Shown: positions 18,569 through 28,975 of the stretch, piece after piece
How positions within the stretch are numbered: the first letter of the stretch is position 1
Layout of the letters: each line of letters starts with the position of its first letter
Origin: Clostridia bacterium
Lineage (GTDB): Bacteria > Bacillota > Clostridia > Oscillospirales > CAG-272
Length of the DNA: 64,000 nucleotides
NCBI GenBank assembly: GCA_017504405.1
Contig: JAFVRG010000002.1
Location: 39,278 to 103,277, forward strand
Direction of reading: 5' to 3'
Notes under the pieces: generated by a model
Database searches by the model: none
The model's input: the letters and a program-made list of their open reading frames with translations, nothing else
What the model was told of the DNA's origin: nothing
Made by a program: the position numbers and the translations under genes

Positions 18569-19297
18569 TTATATTCCCAGCTCCTCGGCTGCGAGGGCAG
18601 CGGCGGCGAGCTCAGCATTCTTTATGCTGTTTGCCTTAGCCGTTTTGTATTCCTTACCGTCAAGCAAAAGCGCACGGAAGTAGGTTCTGTCGTGGTCCGG
18701 GCCCTTGCACCCCTTGTCAAGATAGGAGAACGGCAGCTTTCTTGCCTGCGCATATTCCTGAATTATGTTTTTGGGGTTTTTCTTATAGTTCTTTTTCAGA
18801 AATTGCTCGGTGTCGAGCATACGCACAACGGCATTTCGAGCCACCTCGAAATCCCTGCCGCTGTCAATGAATATAGCGCCGATTATACTCTCAAAAAGGT
18901 CCTCCATTACAGAGGGCTGTCTGCTGATACTCTCACGCTTATCACCCTCGCCGAGCAAAAAGTATTTGTATAGCCCCAGCTCGTCAATGCGGCTTGAAAG
19001 CATACGCTTGTCACTCAGATTGCTTTTGATGACCGTGAGCGCTCCCTCGTCGAGCATTGAGTGCATACCCCTTTCGTCAACTGACGAATACTTGCCCGTC
19101 ATTTCATAAATGACCGAGCAGCCGAGCACGCTGTCACCGAGAAATTCCAAAACCTCGTTGCACTCACATTCGGTATCACCCGCCTGCCTTTTTTCATTAC
19201 AGTAGGAGCGCCGTGTGAATGCCTGAATCAGCAGAGATTTATTTTTGAAGGTATAGCCGATAGCCTTTTCTATCGCCACAATGTCGGCCTTGTTCAT
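18569..19297 (-). CDS. rnc: Ribonuclease III
   Basis: NEVLEFLGDSVL signature, EDLFESIIGAIF, C-terminal dsRBD. Confidence 0.92.
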   Translation of the reverse strand: MNKADIVAIEKAIGYTFKNKSLLIQAFTRRSYCNEKRQAGDTECECNEVLEFLGDSVLGCSVIYEMTGKYSSVDERGMHSMLDEGALTVIKSNLSDKRMLSSRIDELGLYKYFLLGEGDKRESISRQPSVMEDLFESIIGAIFIDSGRDFEVARNAVVRMLDTEQFLKKNYKKNPKNIIQEYAQARKLPFSYLDKGCKGPDHDRTYFRALLLDGKEYKTAKANSIKNAELAAAALAAEELGI

Positions 19298-20715
19298 ACG
19301 CCTTCCTTTTCCTTTATGTATTTATCAATGGCAGCTGCTGCCTTTTTGCCTGCGCCCATAGCGAGAATTACCGTTGCGGCGCCTGTTACGGCATCTCCGC
19401 CTGCGTATATTCCCGTGCGTGAGGTGAGTCCGTCGCTGTCGGCGATTATACCGCCCCATCTCTCGGTTTCAAGACCCTCTGTTGTGGATTTAATCAGGGG
19501 GTTAGGGGACGTACCGAGTGCCATAATTACGCAGTCGAGCTCTATTTCAAATTCGCTGCCTGCCTTTTCAACAGGACGGCACCTGCCCGATTCGTCAGGC
19601 TCGCCGAGCTCCATTTCAACGCATCTCATAGCACGGACAAAGCCGTTTTGCGGGTCACGTCTATCCTCCTTATTCTCATATCCGAGAATTTCTACGGGGT
19701 TTGTGAGGAGCTTGAATATGATACCCTCCTCCTTTGCGTGCTCGATCTCCTCGGCACGTGCGGGAAGCTCGCTCTCGCCACGGCGGTATACTATGTAAAC
19801 CTCAGCGCCCAGTCGCTTTGCGCATCTCGCCGCATCCATAGCGACGTTGCCGCCTCCGACAACCGCCACACGGTGTGCGTGCATTATGGGAGTCGCGCTG
19901 TTATCCTTATAGGATTTCATGAGGTTAATTCTCGTCAGAAATTCGTTTGCGGAGTAAACACCCTTCAGATTTTCACCGGGTATTCTCATAAACTTGGGAA
20001 GTCCTGCGCCCGATGCGATGAACACCGCCTCAAAGCCCATATCGGTCATCAGCTCGTCAATCGAGAGTATTCTGCCGATTACCATATTGGTTTCGATTTT
20101 TACACCCATAGCGGCAAGTCCCGCAATCTCACGGGAAACGATGCTCTTGGGCAAACGGAATTCGGGTATTCCGTAAACGAGAACTCCGCCTGCAACGTGC
20201 AGAGCCTCGTAAACCGTGACATCATAGCCCAGACGGGCGAGGTCACCAGCACAGGTAAGACCCGCAGGACCAGAGCCGATTATCGCTACCTTGTGTCCGT
20301 TTTTCTCTATTTTCTGTTCCTTGATTTCGGTGTGGGCGTTGTGATAGTCGGCAACGAAGCGCTCCAGCCTGCCTATTGCAACAGGCTCGCCCTTTTTGCC
20401 TCGCACGCACCTCTGCTCACACTGGCTCTCCTGAGGGCATACACGTCCGCAGACGGCTGGCAGAGATGAGGATTTTGAGATTATCTCAAACGCCTCCTCG
20501 AATTTACCCTCGGCAACCCTCTCGATAAAGGCGGGTATATCTATCATTACGGGACAGCCCGATACACAGGGCTTTGTCTTGCAGTTAAGGCAACGCTTCG
20601 CCTCGTCTATTGCAGTCTCTTCGGTGTATCCGAGTGTTACCTCGTCAAAATTTTTATTTCTTACGTCGGGTGCCTGAGCGGGCATCTCGTTCTTTTTAAG
20701 TGAAAGGTTTGGCAT
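19294..20715 (-). CDS. NfnB/SudA-type (GltD-like) NADPH-dependent Fe-S flavoprotein
   Basis: RCLNC..PCVSGCP, CGRVCPQESQCE, GSGPAG, GGGNVAMD, GGDAVTG. Confidence 0.88.
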   Translation of the reverse strand: MPNLSLKKNEMPAQAPDVRNKNFDEVTLGYTEETAIDEAKRCLNCKTKPCVSGCPVMIDIPAFIERVAEGKFEEAFEIISKSSSLPAVCGRVCPQESQCEQRCVRGKKGEPVAIGRLERFVADYHNAHTEIKEQKIEKNGHKVAIIGSGPAGLTCAGDLARLGYDVTVYEALHVAGGVLVYGIPEFRLPKSIVSREIAGLAAMGVKIETNMVIGRILSIDELMTDMGFEAVFIASGAGLPKFMRIPGENLKGVYSANEFLTRINLMKSYKDNSATPIMHAHRVAVVGGGNVAMDAARCAKRLGAEVYIVYRRGESELPARAEEIEHAKEEGIIFKLLTNPVEILGYENKEDRRDPQNGFVRAMRCVEMELGEPDESGRCRPVEKAGSEFEIELDCVIMALGTSPNPLIKSTTEGLETERWGGIIADSDGLTSRTGIYAGGDAVTGAATVILAMGAGKKAAAAIDKYIKEKEGV

Positions 20716-21557
20716 TATTTTACCTCCTTCTTAAAGAGATTACAGGTCGCCTCGTATGCGTGGCGCTCGAAATCCCTGTACATTGACGAGCGTGATATAG
20801 CCTCGTCAAAGTCAATCTCGTGTGCGTCAAACTCGGGTCCGTCAACGCACGCAAAAACGGTTTTTCCGCCTACACTCAAGCGACAGCCGCCGCACATACC
20901 CGTTCCGTCAATCATGACGGGGTTCATTGAGGCAACCGTTTTTATGCCGTACTGCTTTGTCAAGAGAGACACGAATTTCATCATTATAAGCGGACCGATA
21001 GTTATAACCTCGTCGTAGCTCTCGCCGCTCTCTATGAGCTTTTTGAGGGCGTCGGTAACAAGTCCCTTTTCTCCCGCCGAGCCGTCATCGCTCATGAGCA
21101 CGAATTTGTCGGAAACGGCACGGAATTCATCCTCGAGTATCACGAGCTCCTTTGAGCGGAAGCCCACTATCGAGTGCACCTCACAGCCCAGCGAATGCAG
21201 CTTCTTTGCTACGGGATATGCAATTGCAGAGCCGATGCCTCCGCCGACAACCGCAACCTTTTTAAGTCCGTCTGTGTGAGTTTTTCTGCCGAGCGGTCCG
21301 ACGAAATCATGAATAAAATCACCTTCGTTCAGATGATTTAGCTTCTCGGTCGTAGCGCCTACCACCTGAAAAATTATAGTAACCCAGCCCTCGTTTCTGT
21401 CAAAATCCGCTATGGTCAGAGGTATTCTCTCTCCGTCCTCATCGGTTCTGAGTATTATAAACTGTCCGGGCTCAGCCTTTTTCGCTATCAGGGGAGCCTC
21501 GATATTCATACGGGTAACCGTAGGGTTCAGAATTTCCTTTTTTAAAATACGAAACAT
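20715..21557 (-). CDS. NfnA/SudB-type (PyrK-like) FAD/2Fe-2S subunit
   Basis: PGQF, ERIPLTIAD, DGTGMCGGCR...CVDGPEF (Asp/Cys3 2Fe-2S ligation); adjacent to NfnB. Confidence 0.88.
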   Translation of the reverse strand: MFRILKKEILNPTVTRMNIEAPLIAKKAEPGQFIILRTDEDGERIPLTIADFDRNEGWVTIIFQVVGATTEKLNHLNEGDFIHDFVGPLGRKTHTDGLKKVAVVGGGIGSAIAYPVAKKLHSLGCEVHSIVGFRSKELVILEDEFRAVSDKFVLMSDDGSAGEKGLVTDALKKLIESGESYDEVITIGPLIMMKFVSLLTKQYGIKTVASMNPVMIDGTGMCGGCRLSVGGKTVFACVDGPEFDAHEIDFDEAISRSSMYRDFERHAYEATCNLFKKEVK

Positions 21558-21616
21558 ATTTTCTCCTGTTATCAAAATGCACCGTGTTTTTCACGGCGCA
21601 TTTCTGTTTTGTCGGC

Positions 21617-23992
21617 TTACGCCGTTTTCATGGTAAGACCTATGTCTGAAAGTGCAGAAATTACGGCATCAACGTTCTCGCTAACCTCTGCCTTAGAGAG
21701 CGTTCTCTCTGCGCTGACAAAGGTGAATCTGACGGTAAGGCTCGAATTTCCGTCCTCCGACTCATATACGTCAACTGCCTTGACCGAGCCGAGCAAATCA
21801 CCGCCCGCATCCTTTGCAAGCGAGCAAACCTTAGCAAAATCAACCTTTTCAATATCTGCCGTGAAGGAAAGGTCGATGTCGATTGCAGGGAACTTTGAGG
21901 GCTCAGAGTATGAAATATCAGCCGCCGCTACACCCGAGAGGGTGTCCATATCTATCTCTGCATAAACGAGCGCAGCCTTTTTATCAATTTTGCCTGCCGT
22001 CTGGGGATGGACTGTGCCGAATACGCCTATAACGTCATCGCCAACCGCTACCGAGTAGGTGTTTCTCGGATGCTGCCAGTTGAATTTGGTCTCAGCGTCA
22101 AGATAGCACGCATCCTTATGCTTAATATCGGTTACGATATGAGTGATAATATCACGTGCACGGAGGAAGAGTACCTCCTCGGATGCCGTACGTGATGAGA
22201 GCACGAACGAGAGCTTCTTGCGCTCAACGCAAAGCCCATCAGCGCCGTATCCCTCAACAACCTCTCCTACCTCGAAAATTCCGTAATCGTCGGAAAATCC
22301 ACGGTTTTCGGAAACAAACGTCAGTATAGTAGGAACGATTGACGCACGCAGGGTAGCGTGATCGGGGGTCTGCGCATTTATCAGCCTCGGATTTTCGGGG
22401 ACGTCTATCTTTAATTCCTTGTACTTAGCGGCATCGCACCAAATATAGGAATGAACCTCGTTCAGGTTATAGCGCTGTACTAAAATATCCTTTGCACGGT
22501 TAACGTCAGTCTTGATAGCCTCTTTCCTTACAGGGAACAGGGGGCTGAGCGTGGTTTCAATCTTGAAGTTGTCGTAGCCGTATATACGGGTTATTTCCTC
22601 AATCAGGTCAGCCTTTATGGTAACGTCCTTTGTTGCACGCCACGAGGGCACGTCCACAGTAAACACCTCGCCGTTCTGCGAAACGCCGAAGCCGAGCGCT
22701 ATGAGCGTTTTAACGATTTCCTCATCGGAAATTTCTATACCCGTGTACTTGTTTATATAGGGCTTATCAATATCAATTGTGATTTTTTCGTAGTGACGGG
22801 GGTATCTGTCTGTCATTTTAGATGCAACCCTCGCCTCGGGAGCTATATCAAGGAGCAGCTTTATAAATCTCTTGGTAGCCGTTTCGGTGAGCTCGGGGTC
22901 GAGAATCTTCTCGTATCTCATGCTCGCATCGGTACGGAGACCTATCCTTGACGAGGTCTTTCTGATTGACACTCCGTCAAAGTTTGCGCTCTCGAGCAAG
23001 AGCGAGTCGGTGTCATCCTCGATTTCGCTGTCAAGACCGCCCATAATTCCCGCAATTGCGCTGGGGGTGTTGTTTGTGCATATCATGAGAGTATTCTCGT
23101 CGATGTGGCGCTCGTTGCCGTCAAGAGTTGTGAAGGTGAAGGGAGTATCAAATCTCTTAACCTCGATAGACTGAACCTTACGCATATCGAATGCGTGCAT
23201 AGGCTGTCCAAGCTCGAGCATTACGTAGTTGGTGAGGTCAGCGAGCAGATTTATCGAACGGGAGCCGCAGTAATAGAGGCGTATTCTCATATTGACGGGG
23301 CTTACGTTATGCTTTATGTTCTCCGCCTTGATACCGATATAACGGTAGCATAGTCTCGTTTCCTCGATTTTTATATCTATCTCGGGCAGATTGTCATATA
23401 CCGAGAGGTCCGCCGCTTCAATGGGGCGAAGCTGTCTTTCCGCAAGCGTTGCAAACTCACGTGCAATGCCGTAGTGTCCCCACAAATCGGGGCGGTTGGT
23501 GAGGGATTTATTATCCACCTCGAAAATTATATCGTCTATCTGATATGCGTCCTTTATATCGGTGCCGAGAGGGATATCGTCGGTTATCTCCCAGAGCCCC
23601 GAATTGTCGGCGCTGATGCCGAGCTCCGCCTCGGAGCAGCACATACCGTGGGAAACAAAGCCCGCAACTGTAGCCGCAGATATGGGATGGCCCGATACGG
23701 AGCCGCCCTCGGTTGCAAATGCAACCCTCATACCCTCACGGACGTTTGGTGCGCCGCATACGCAGTCAACTAAATCCTTGCCCGTATCAACCTTGAGAAG
23801 ATGGAGCTTCTTTGAATTGGGGTGGTTTTCAACCGACGCTATGCGTGCGACAATTACACCGTAGGTGTCAGCACCCTTCTCGAACACCTCCTCAACCTCG
23901 GCGGTCGAGAGGGTGAATCTGTGAATGAGCTGCTTTTTATCAATACCGTCAAGATCAACGAAGTCGCTGATCCAGTTCATAGAAATATACAT
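21617..23992 (-). CDS. pheT: Phenylalanine-tRNA ligase beta subunit
   Basis: CGAPN, SHGMCCS, NRPD, GQPMHAFD, DLIEEITRIYGY, C-terminal FDX-ACB domain. Confidence 0.95.
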   Translation of the reverse strand: MYISMNWISDFVDLDGIDKKQLIHRFTLSTAEVEEVFEKGADTYGVIVARIASVENHPNSKKLHLLKVDTGKDLVDCVCGAPNVREGMRVAFATEGGSVSGHPISAATVAGFVSHGMCCSEAELGISADNSGLWEITDDIPLGTDIKDAYQIDDIIFEVDNKSLTNRPDLWGHYGIAREFATLAERQLRPIEAADLSVYDNLPEIDIKIEETRLCYRYIGIKAENIKHNVSPVNMRIRLYYCGSRSINLLADLTNYVMLELGQPMHAFDMRKVQSIEVKRFDTPFTFTTLDGNERHIDENTLMICTNNTPSAIAGIMGGLDSEIEDDTDSLLLESANFDGVSIRKTSSRIGLRTDASMRYEKILDPELTETATKRFIKLLLDIAPEARVASKMTDRYPRHYEKITIDIDKPYINKYTGIEISDEEIVKTLIALGFGVSQNGEVFTVDVPSWRATKDVTIKADLIEEITRIYGYDNFKIETTLSPLFPVRKEAIKTDVNRAKDILVQRYNLNEVHSYIWCDAAKYKELKIDVPENPRLINAQTPDHATLRASIVPTILTFVSENRGFSDDYGIFEVGEVVEGYGADGLCVERKKLSFVLSSRTASEEVLFLRARDIITHIVTDIKHKDACYLDAETKFNWQHPRNTYSVAVGDDVIGVFGTVHPQTAGKIDKKAALVYAEIDMDTLSGVAAADISYSEPSKFPAIDIDLSFTADIEKVDFAKVCSLAKDAGGDLLGSVKAVDVYESEDGNSSLTVRFTFVSAERTLSKAEVSENVDAVISALSDIGLTMKTA

Positions 23993-24005
23993 TTAGTTAA
24001 TCTCC

Positions 24006-25034
24006 TCAGTTGTTTTTGAATTGCGACAGAGCTTTAAGATTTCCCGAATTGAAATCACGGATATCCTTAACGCCGTATTTCATCATTGCAAGACGGGTGA
24101 GTCCAAGACCGAAGGCAAAGCCTGTGTACTCCTCAGGATCGATGCCGCCCTCACGCAGAACGTTGGGGTGTATCATACCGCAGGGGCACAGCTCAAGCCA
24201 GCCCGAGTTCTTACAGGAAGGGCAGCCCGTGCCGCCGCATATCTGGCAGTTTATGTCCAGCTCAAAGCCCGGCTCGGTGAACGGGAAGAATCCGGGGCGC
24301 AGACGAACTGTTACGTCACGCTGGAAAACCTCGCTGAGCATGGTCTTCATAAAATAGATGAGGTTGGAGATTGATATACTCTTATCTATCATCATTCCTT
24401 CCATCTGGAAGAAGGTGTTTTCGTGGCACGCATCGGTTGACTCGTTGCGGAAGCATCTGCCCGGGAATATCGCACGCAGGGGTGCGCCGTATTTTCTCAT
24501 AATGAAATTCTGTGCCGCCGAGGTCTGCGTTTTGAGCAGCTGACCGTTTTCGATATAGTAGGTATCCTGCATATCTCTTGCAGGGTGGTCCTTCGGCACG
24601 TTTACCGCCTCAAAGCAACTGTAATCGTCAACAATCTCAGGGTAGTCCTCAACGGTAAAGCCCATGCTGTCAAATATTCCCTCAAGCTCACGCTGAATGA
24701 GGGTAATCGGGTGGTATGAGCCGCTCTTTGCGTTGGATGGGATTGTGGGGTTGTACTTCTTTGCGCTCCTTATTGCGCCGAGAAGTGCCTCCTCCTCTAT
24801 GCTCTTAGCCTTGTCCGCTATGCCCGCCTCGACCTCGTTTTTGAGGGCGTTAATGAGCTGACCCGCCTCCTTCTTGTCCTCGTTTGGCACGTCACGCAGA
24901 CCCTTGAGCAGGTCGGTTATGTATCCCTTCTTTCCGAGGAAGGCTATACGGATAGCTTCAAGCAGCTCAGCGCTGTCAGCATTCGCTATTTCTGCAATGA
25001 ATTGCTCCTTGAGACTTGAGATTTTTTCTTTCAT
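24006..25034 (-). CDS. pheS: Phenylalanine-tRNA ligase alpha subunit
   Basis: HPARDMQDT, FFQMEG, FPFTEP, GFAFGLG. Confidence 0.96.
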   Translation of the reverse strand: MKEKISSLKEQFIAEIANADSAELLEAIRIAFLGKKGYITDLLKGLRDVPNEDKKEAGQLINALKNEVEAGIADKAKSIEEEALLGAIRSAKKYNPTIPSNAKSGSYHPITLIQRELEGIFDSMGFTVEDYPEIVDDYSCFEAVNVPKDHPARDMQDTYYIENGQLLKTQTSAAQNFIMRKYGAPLRAIFPGRCFRNESTDACHENTFFQMEGMMIDKSISISNLIYFMKTMLSEVFQRDVTVRLRPGFFPFTEPGFELDINCQICGGTGCPSCKNSGWLELCPCGMIHPNVLREGGIDPEEYTGFAFGLGLTRLAMMKYGVKDIRDFNSGNLKALSQFKNN

Positions 25035-25074
25035 ATTACAGTCCTTTCGAGTAAACGAATTTGTCTAATTAAAT

Positions 25075-25103
25075 ATTATATATAATTACGCACGAAATGT
25101 CAA
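25075..25103 (-). promoter_or_regulatory. Consensus sigma-A promoter of pheST
   Basis: Minus strand TTGACA-17 nt-TATAAT. Confidence 0.75.
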
Positions 25104-25110
25104 TAAAAAA

Positions 25111-25593
25111 TTATTGGTTTTTCTTCAAAATTTCGCATATTTTCTTTTCTGCGTCCTCGGTTACGTATTCAAAAACAGGCTTGCCGATTCTTAACATCTC
25201 ACGCACAACGGTTGAGCTGATTCTCGAATTTTGAGCATCGCACGCAAGCATTACCGTATCAACGCCCGACAGAGTGCGGTTGGCATCGCCCATCTCAACC
25301 TCGTACTGACAGTCGAGAGGGGAGCGTATCCCTCTGACTATAACGTCGATGTTGTTTTTGAGAACGTAATCGGCAACAGTGCCCTCGTATGCGTCGGCAA
25401 CAGCGCCGTCTATGTCCGAGATAGACGAGCGTATTATTTCGAGTCGCTCGTCAAGGGTAAACATCCCCTTTTTCTCGCTGTTTGCAAACGCAACCACGTA
25501 TACCTCGTCAAAGAGCCTTGCCGCACGTCTCACTATGTCCACGTGCCCCTTGGTTATGGGGTCAAAGCTACCCGAAAAAAGAGCCTTTTTCAT
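25111..25593 (-). CDS. coaD: Phosphopantetheine adenylyltransferase
   Basis: GSFDPITKGH, VRGIR, ISSTVVRE. Confidence 0.93.
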   Translation of the reverse strand: MKKALFSGSFDPITKGHVDIVRRAARLFDEVYVVAFANSEKKGMFTLDERLEIIRSSISDIDGAVADAYEGTVADYVLKNNIDVIVRGIRSPLDCQYEVEMGDANRTLSGVDTVMLACDAQNSRISSTVVREMLRIGKPVFEYVTEDAEKKICEILKKNQ

Positions 25594-26162
25594 TGTGTAT
25601 CCTCCTTGTAAACAAGAATGGTGACGAATGCACGTCCGTATCTTTTCTGCTTGATAATTTCAAAGTGAGAGAGAAGCTCCGCCTTGTCACCCAGGGGGTT
25701 ATCCTCCTCGCTCTCCACAACGATTATACAGCCGTCGTTTGCCAGTGAGTGAGCGAGAATTCTCTCAACTGCATCGGCAGCGCATCTTGCGCTATACGGG
25801 GGGTCTATGAAGATAAGGTCGTATTTATCCTTGCCCGCCGCCTTTCGCAGATAATTGCGAAAGTCGCTGATAAGGAAGCGTGAGCAGTCGAAAAATCCCG
25901 TCTTTTTTGCATTTTTCTTGATTATGTCCATAGCCTCGGGAGAGGAGTCTATAAACATAGCCCTCGCAGCGCCTCTCGACATAGCCTCCAGAGCCATCTG
26001 TCCGCTGCCTGCGAACAAATCGAGCACAGCCCTGCCTTGCAGGTCGAACTGTATGGCGGAAAAGACCGCCTCCTTTACCTTTTCTGCGGTGGGACGGGTG
26101 TTTTCGCCCTCGAGCGTTTCGAGGCGCACACCTCTCGCCTTACCCGTTATTATCCTCATCAT
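25590..26162 (-). CDS. rsmD: 16S rRNA m2G966 methyltransferase
   Basis: MRIITG, TRPT, LDLFAGSG, DPPY; conserved rsmD-coaD synteny. Confidence 0.92.
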   Translation of the reverse strand: MMRIITGKARGVRLETLEGENTRPTAEKVKEAVFSAIQFDLQGRAVLDLFAGSGQMALEAMSRGAARAMFIDSSPEAMDIIKKNAKKTGFFDCSRFLISDFRNYLRKAAGKDKYDLIFIDPPYSARCAADAVERILAHSLANDGCIIVVESEEDNPLGDKAELLSHFEIIKQKRYGRAFVTILVYKEDTQ

Positions 26163-28002
26163 TGACCAAAATCTCCTTATCGGATTTGAAATATTCTGCT
26201 ATGTTATGCGCATCGGGAGCAGACAGCCCCGAGAGTAGCAGCTCCTGTTCGCTCATTTCCGCAATACGCTTTATCGAGCCGAAGCGCAGAAGCAGCTTCT
26301 TCGCCTTGATTTTTCCTATTCCCGCTATGTCCTCGAGGCGGGAGCGGCGCATATCTCTCCTCTTTGCATTGTGCATAGAGGTTACCGTGTAACGGTGAAC
26401 CTCCTCCTGAATTTTATAGAGCATAACGAATACCGAATTTTCGTGGGCTATGCCGATGTCGTTTTCTCCGTCGGTCAGCTCACGTGTCTTGTGATAATCG
26501 TCCTTTACCATTCCAAACAGGGGGATATGTCCGTAGCCGAGAGAATTTATCACCTCACGCACGGCGTTTACGTGCCCCTTTCCGCCGTCAAGAAGAATGA
26601 GGTCGGGCTCCTCCCCAAGAGAAGGTGAGCCGTCGCCTATGTGCGACAGGCGGCGTGAAATCGCCTCTCTCATAGAGGCGTAGTCGTCGGTTCCGTCTAT
26701 GTCGGTTATTTTGAAGCGTCGGTAGTCGGATTTCTTGAACGCTCCGTTTTCAAAAACTATCATACCCGCCGTGATATGCTCGGTTCCGAGGTTTGATATG
26801 TCGTACGCCTCTATCCTCTCGGGCAGCGCCTCGAGCGAGCAGAGGGATGCCAGCCGAGCCAGCGTCATATCTGCCTTTTCACTGTCGGACACGTGCTTAT
26901 CAGCCCTCTCACGTGCGTTTGCGAGCGCCATATCGCACAGCGAGCGCAGAGCACCTCTCTGCGGTATCCGTATCTCTGTTTTTTTGCCGAGCGTTGCCGT
27001 AAAATCGGAGAGCAGGGATAATGCCTCATCCTCGATTTTGCCTGCGAGGGCGATTTTTGGCGGCACCGTATTTGTCGTATAATAGTTAAACATAAAGGAA
27101 ACGAGCGCCGCATCGTCGAGCAGCTCAGCCTTCGGGAACAAAAAGTCGTTTTTTGAATTGAGAGCTCCGTCCCGTACCGATAAAACGGTGATTACACCGC
27201 AGAAATCGCAGGTGTAAACAGCCCATATATCAACAAGGCTGTCGGTGTCGATTATAACCTTCTGCTTTTCCTTGAGCAGCTTCAGCGAGCTTAGCGTATC
27301 ACGCAGGCGAGCCGCCTCCTCAAAACGCTCCTCCTCTGCCGCCGCATACATTTCCTTGGTGAGCAGCTCCGAGGTCTTTTTTATATTTCCCGACAGCACG
27401 TGGCGCGCGCTGTCTATGTGGCGCAAATATTCCTTCTGAGATATTTCTCCCGTGCAGGGTGCCATACATCTGCCCATCTGCCTGTATATGCAGGGACGCT
27501 CCTTGCCTATATCACGGGGGAAGCTGCGCTTGCAGGTCGGCAGCTTGAAAATCTTCTGCACGGTTTCTATGGCATCGTACACAATGCCCGTTCCCGAATA
27601 CGGACCGAGGTAGGTTGCGCCATCGTCACGCCTCTCCCGTGACATAATGATTTTCGGAAACGGCTCGTCGGTTATTTTGATATACGGGTAGGATTTTGAA
27701 TCCTTTAAGTTTATGTTGTACTTAGGTGTATGCTTTTTTATCAGAGTGTTTTCGAGCGTCAGAGCCTCTATCTCGGTTTTGCATATTATAGTGTCAAAAT
27801 CACGGACCTGACTGACCATTCTCTGCGTTTTGATTCCGTGCTCAGTATCAATAAAATAAGAGCTGACACGGTTTTTGAGCTTTTTTGATTTTCCGACGTA
27901 GATTATACTGCCCGCCTCGTTTTTCATAAGATAAACGCCGGGCAAAAGCGGTAGTGCCGCCGCCTTCTCCTTAAGATATTCAATTTTTGGGTTGTTAATC
28001 AT
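26140..28002 (-). CDS. uvrC: Excinuclease ABC subunit C
   Basis: GIY-YIG (PGVY...IYVGKSK), UVR domain FEEAARLRD, YDISN, DGGKG, HhH. Confidence 0.95.
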   Translation of the reverse strand: MINNPKIEYLKEKAAALPLLPGVYLMKNEAGSIIYVGKSKKLKNRVSSYFIDTEHGIKTQRMVSQVRDFDTIICKTEIEALTLENTLIKKHTPKYNINLKDSKSYPYIKITDEPFPKIIMSRERRDDGATYLGPYSGTGIVYDAIETVQKIFKLPTCKRSFPRDIGKERPCIYRQMGRCMAPCTGEISQKEYLRHIDSARHVLSGNIKKTSELLTKEMYAAAEEERFEEAARLRDTLSSLKLLKEKQKVIIDTDSLVDIWAVYTCDFCGVITVLSVRDGALNSKNDFLFPKAELLDDAALVSFMFNYYTTNTVPPKIALAGKIEDEALSLLSDFTATLGKKTEIRIPQRGALRSLCDMALANARERADKHVSDSEKADMTLARLASLCSLEALPERIEAYDISNLGTEHITAGMIVFENGAFKKSDYRRFKITDIDGTDDYASMREAISRRLSHIGDGSPSLGEEPDLILLDGGKGHVNAVREVINSLGYGHIPLFGMVKDDYHKTRELTDGENDIGIAHENSVFVMLYKIQEEVHRYTVTSMHNAKRRDMRRSRLEDIAGIGKIKAKKLLLRFGSIKRIAEMSEQELLLSGLSAPDAHNIAEYFKSDKEILVNDEDNNG

Positions 28003-28104
28003 ACGCCGCCTCCCAAAAACCTCCGTATATAAGTAAGAGATTTGGACACAGAATGTACAAATCTCTCAAAAACTATAAAATTATCCTTGTGTGTCCGCCG
28101 TGCC

Positions 28105-28371
28105 TCAAAGAGCCTCGAGGTCGGAGTCGATGAGCTCTGAGAGCCCCTCTATTGCGCTGTTTTCGTCAGAACCGTCGGCAATGAGTGTAATCGTCGTTCC
28201 CTTTACTATTCCGAGTGACAAAACACCGAGCAGGCTCTTTGCATTCACTCTGCGGTCCTCCTTCTCAATCCAGACAGAGCAATTGTAGGAATTTGCCTTC
28301 TGAATGAAAAAGGTTGCAGGACGGGCGTGCAAGCCTATTGAATTCTGTATCGTAACGTTGCGAGATATCAT
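28105..28371 (-). CDS. ptsH: PTS phosphocarrier HPr
   Basis: GLHARPA (His15) and AKSLLGVL (Ser46). Confidence 0.9.
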   Translation of the reverse strand: MISRNVTIQNSIGLHARPATFFIQKANSYNCSVWIEKEDRRVNAKSLLGVLSLGIVKGTTITLIADGSDENSAIEGLSELIDSDLEAL

Positions 28372-28507
28372 AAAACTCTCCTGTTGTTTAACGTTTTCGC
28401 AAAAACAAAAACTTTTTTATTCATTATATCAAATAGTCGGTACAAAATCAAGAGGTTTTTGGAAATTTGTTGTGTTTTGGGGTAAAAAGACGCACTTTTT
28501 CGACATT

Positions 28508-28975
28508 TTATTGCATTTTTACCGACAAAACGTATGCGTTACATTCGATTTTCTGCCCGTACACCGACAGAAACTGATTGGGCGCTATGTGCGTTTTGCC
28601 ACCGAGAAAAAAGCCGCCCTCGGTATAGCTGCCCTTGCAAAGCGCTGTGCAACGCACGGTATACCTGTCGGCAGATTCGTAATATCTGACAGAGCCGTCC
28701 TTATCGGAATAGCGGCGCATCTGGGGGCGCACCTCAATTTCGGATATGCTTCCGAGCACGGCGCCGTTTGTTTTCAGTATCAGGGTGTCGCCTACGGCAA
28801 GAGCGTCGGTTGACTCTTCGAGCAGTCCTGAAATTTCCAGCTCAATCACCCCTGTGTCAGAGGCGCCGATTTGCCTTGACTGCGACACGTAGTATCTGAG
28901 AAAAAGAGTGGAAAAGCCTATTATTGCAACCAGAATAAGCATAACGTCAAAATATCTGCCACGCCTACGCCTCAT
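28508..28975 (-). CDS. DUF4330-like membrane-anchored protein
   Basis: N-terminal TM after the FD motif, then beta-rich domain (VGD...LGSI); paralogous to the neighbour; family recognised from memory. Confidence 0.55.
   Translation of the reverse strand: MRRRRGRYFDVMLILVAIIGFSTLFLRYYVSQSRQIGASDTGVIELEISGLLEESTDALAVGDTLILKTNGAVLGSISEIEVRPQMRRYSDKDGSVRYYESADRYTVRCTALCKGSYTEGGFFLGGKTHIAPNQFLSVYGQKIECNAYVLSVKMQ

Noticed and set aside
19294-20715. Glutamate synthase small subunit call
   Set aside because: No gltB nearby; pairing with a PyrK-like Asp/Cys 2Fe-2S subunit indicates NfnAB/SudAB
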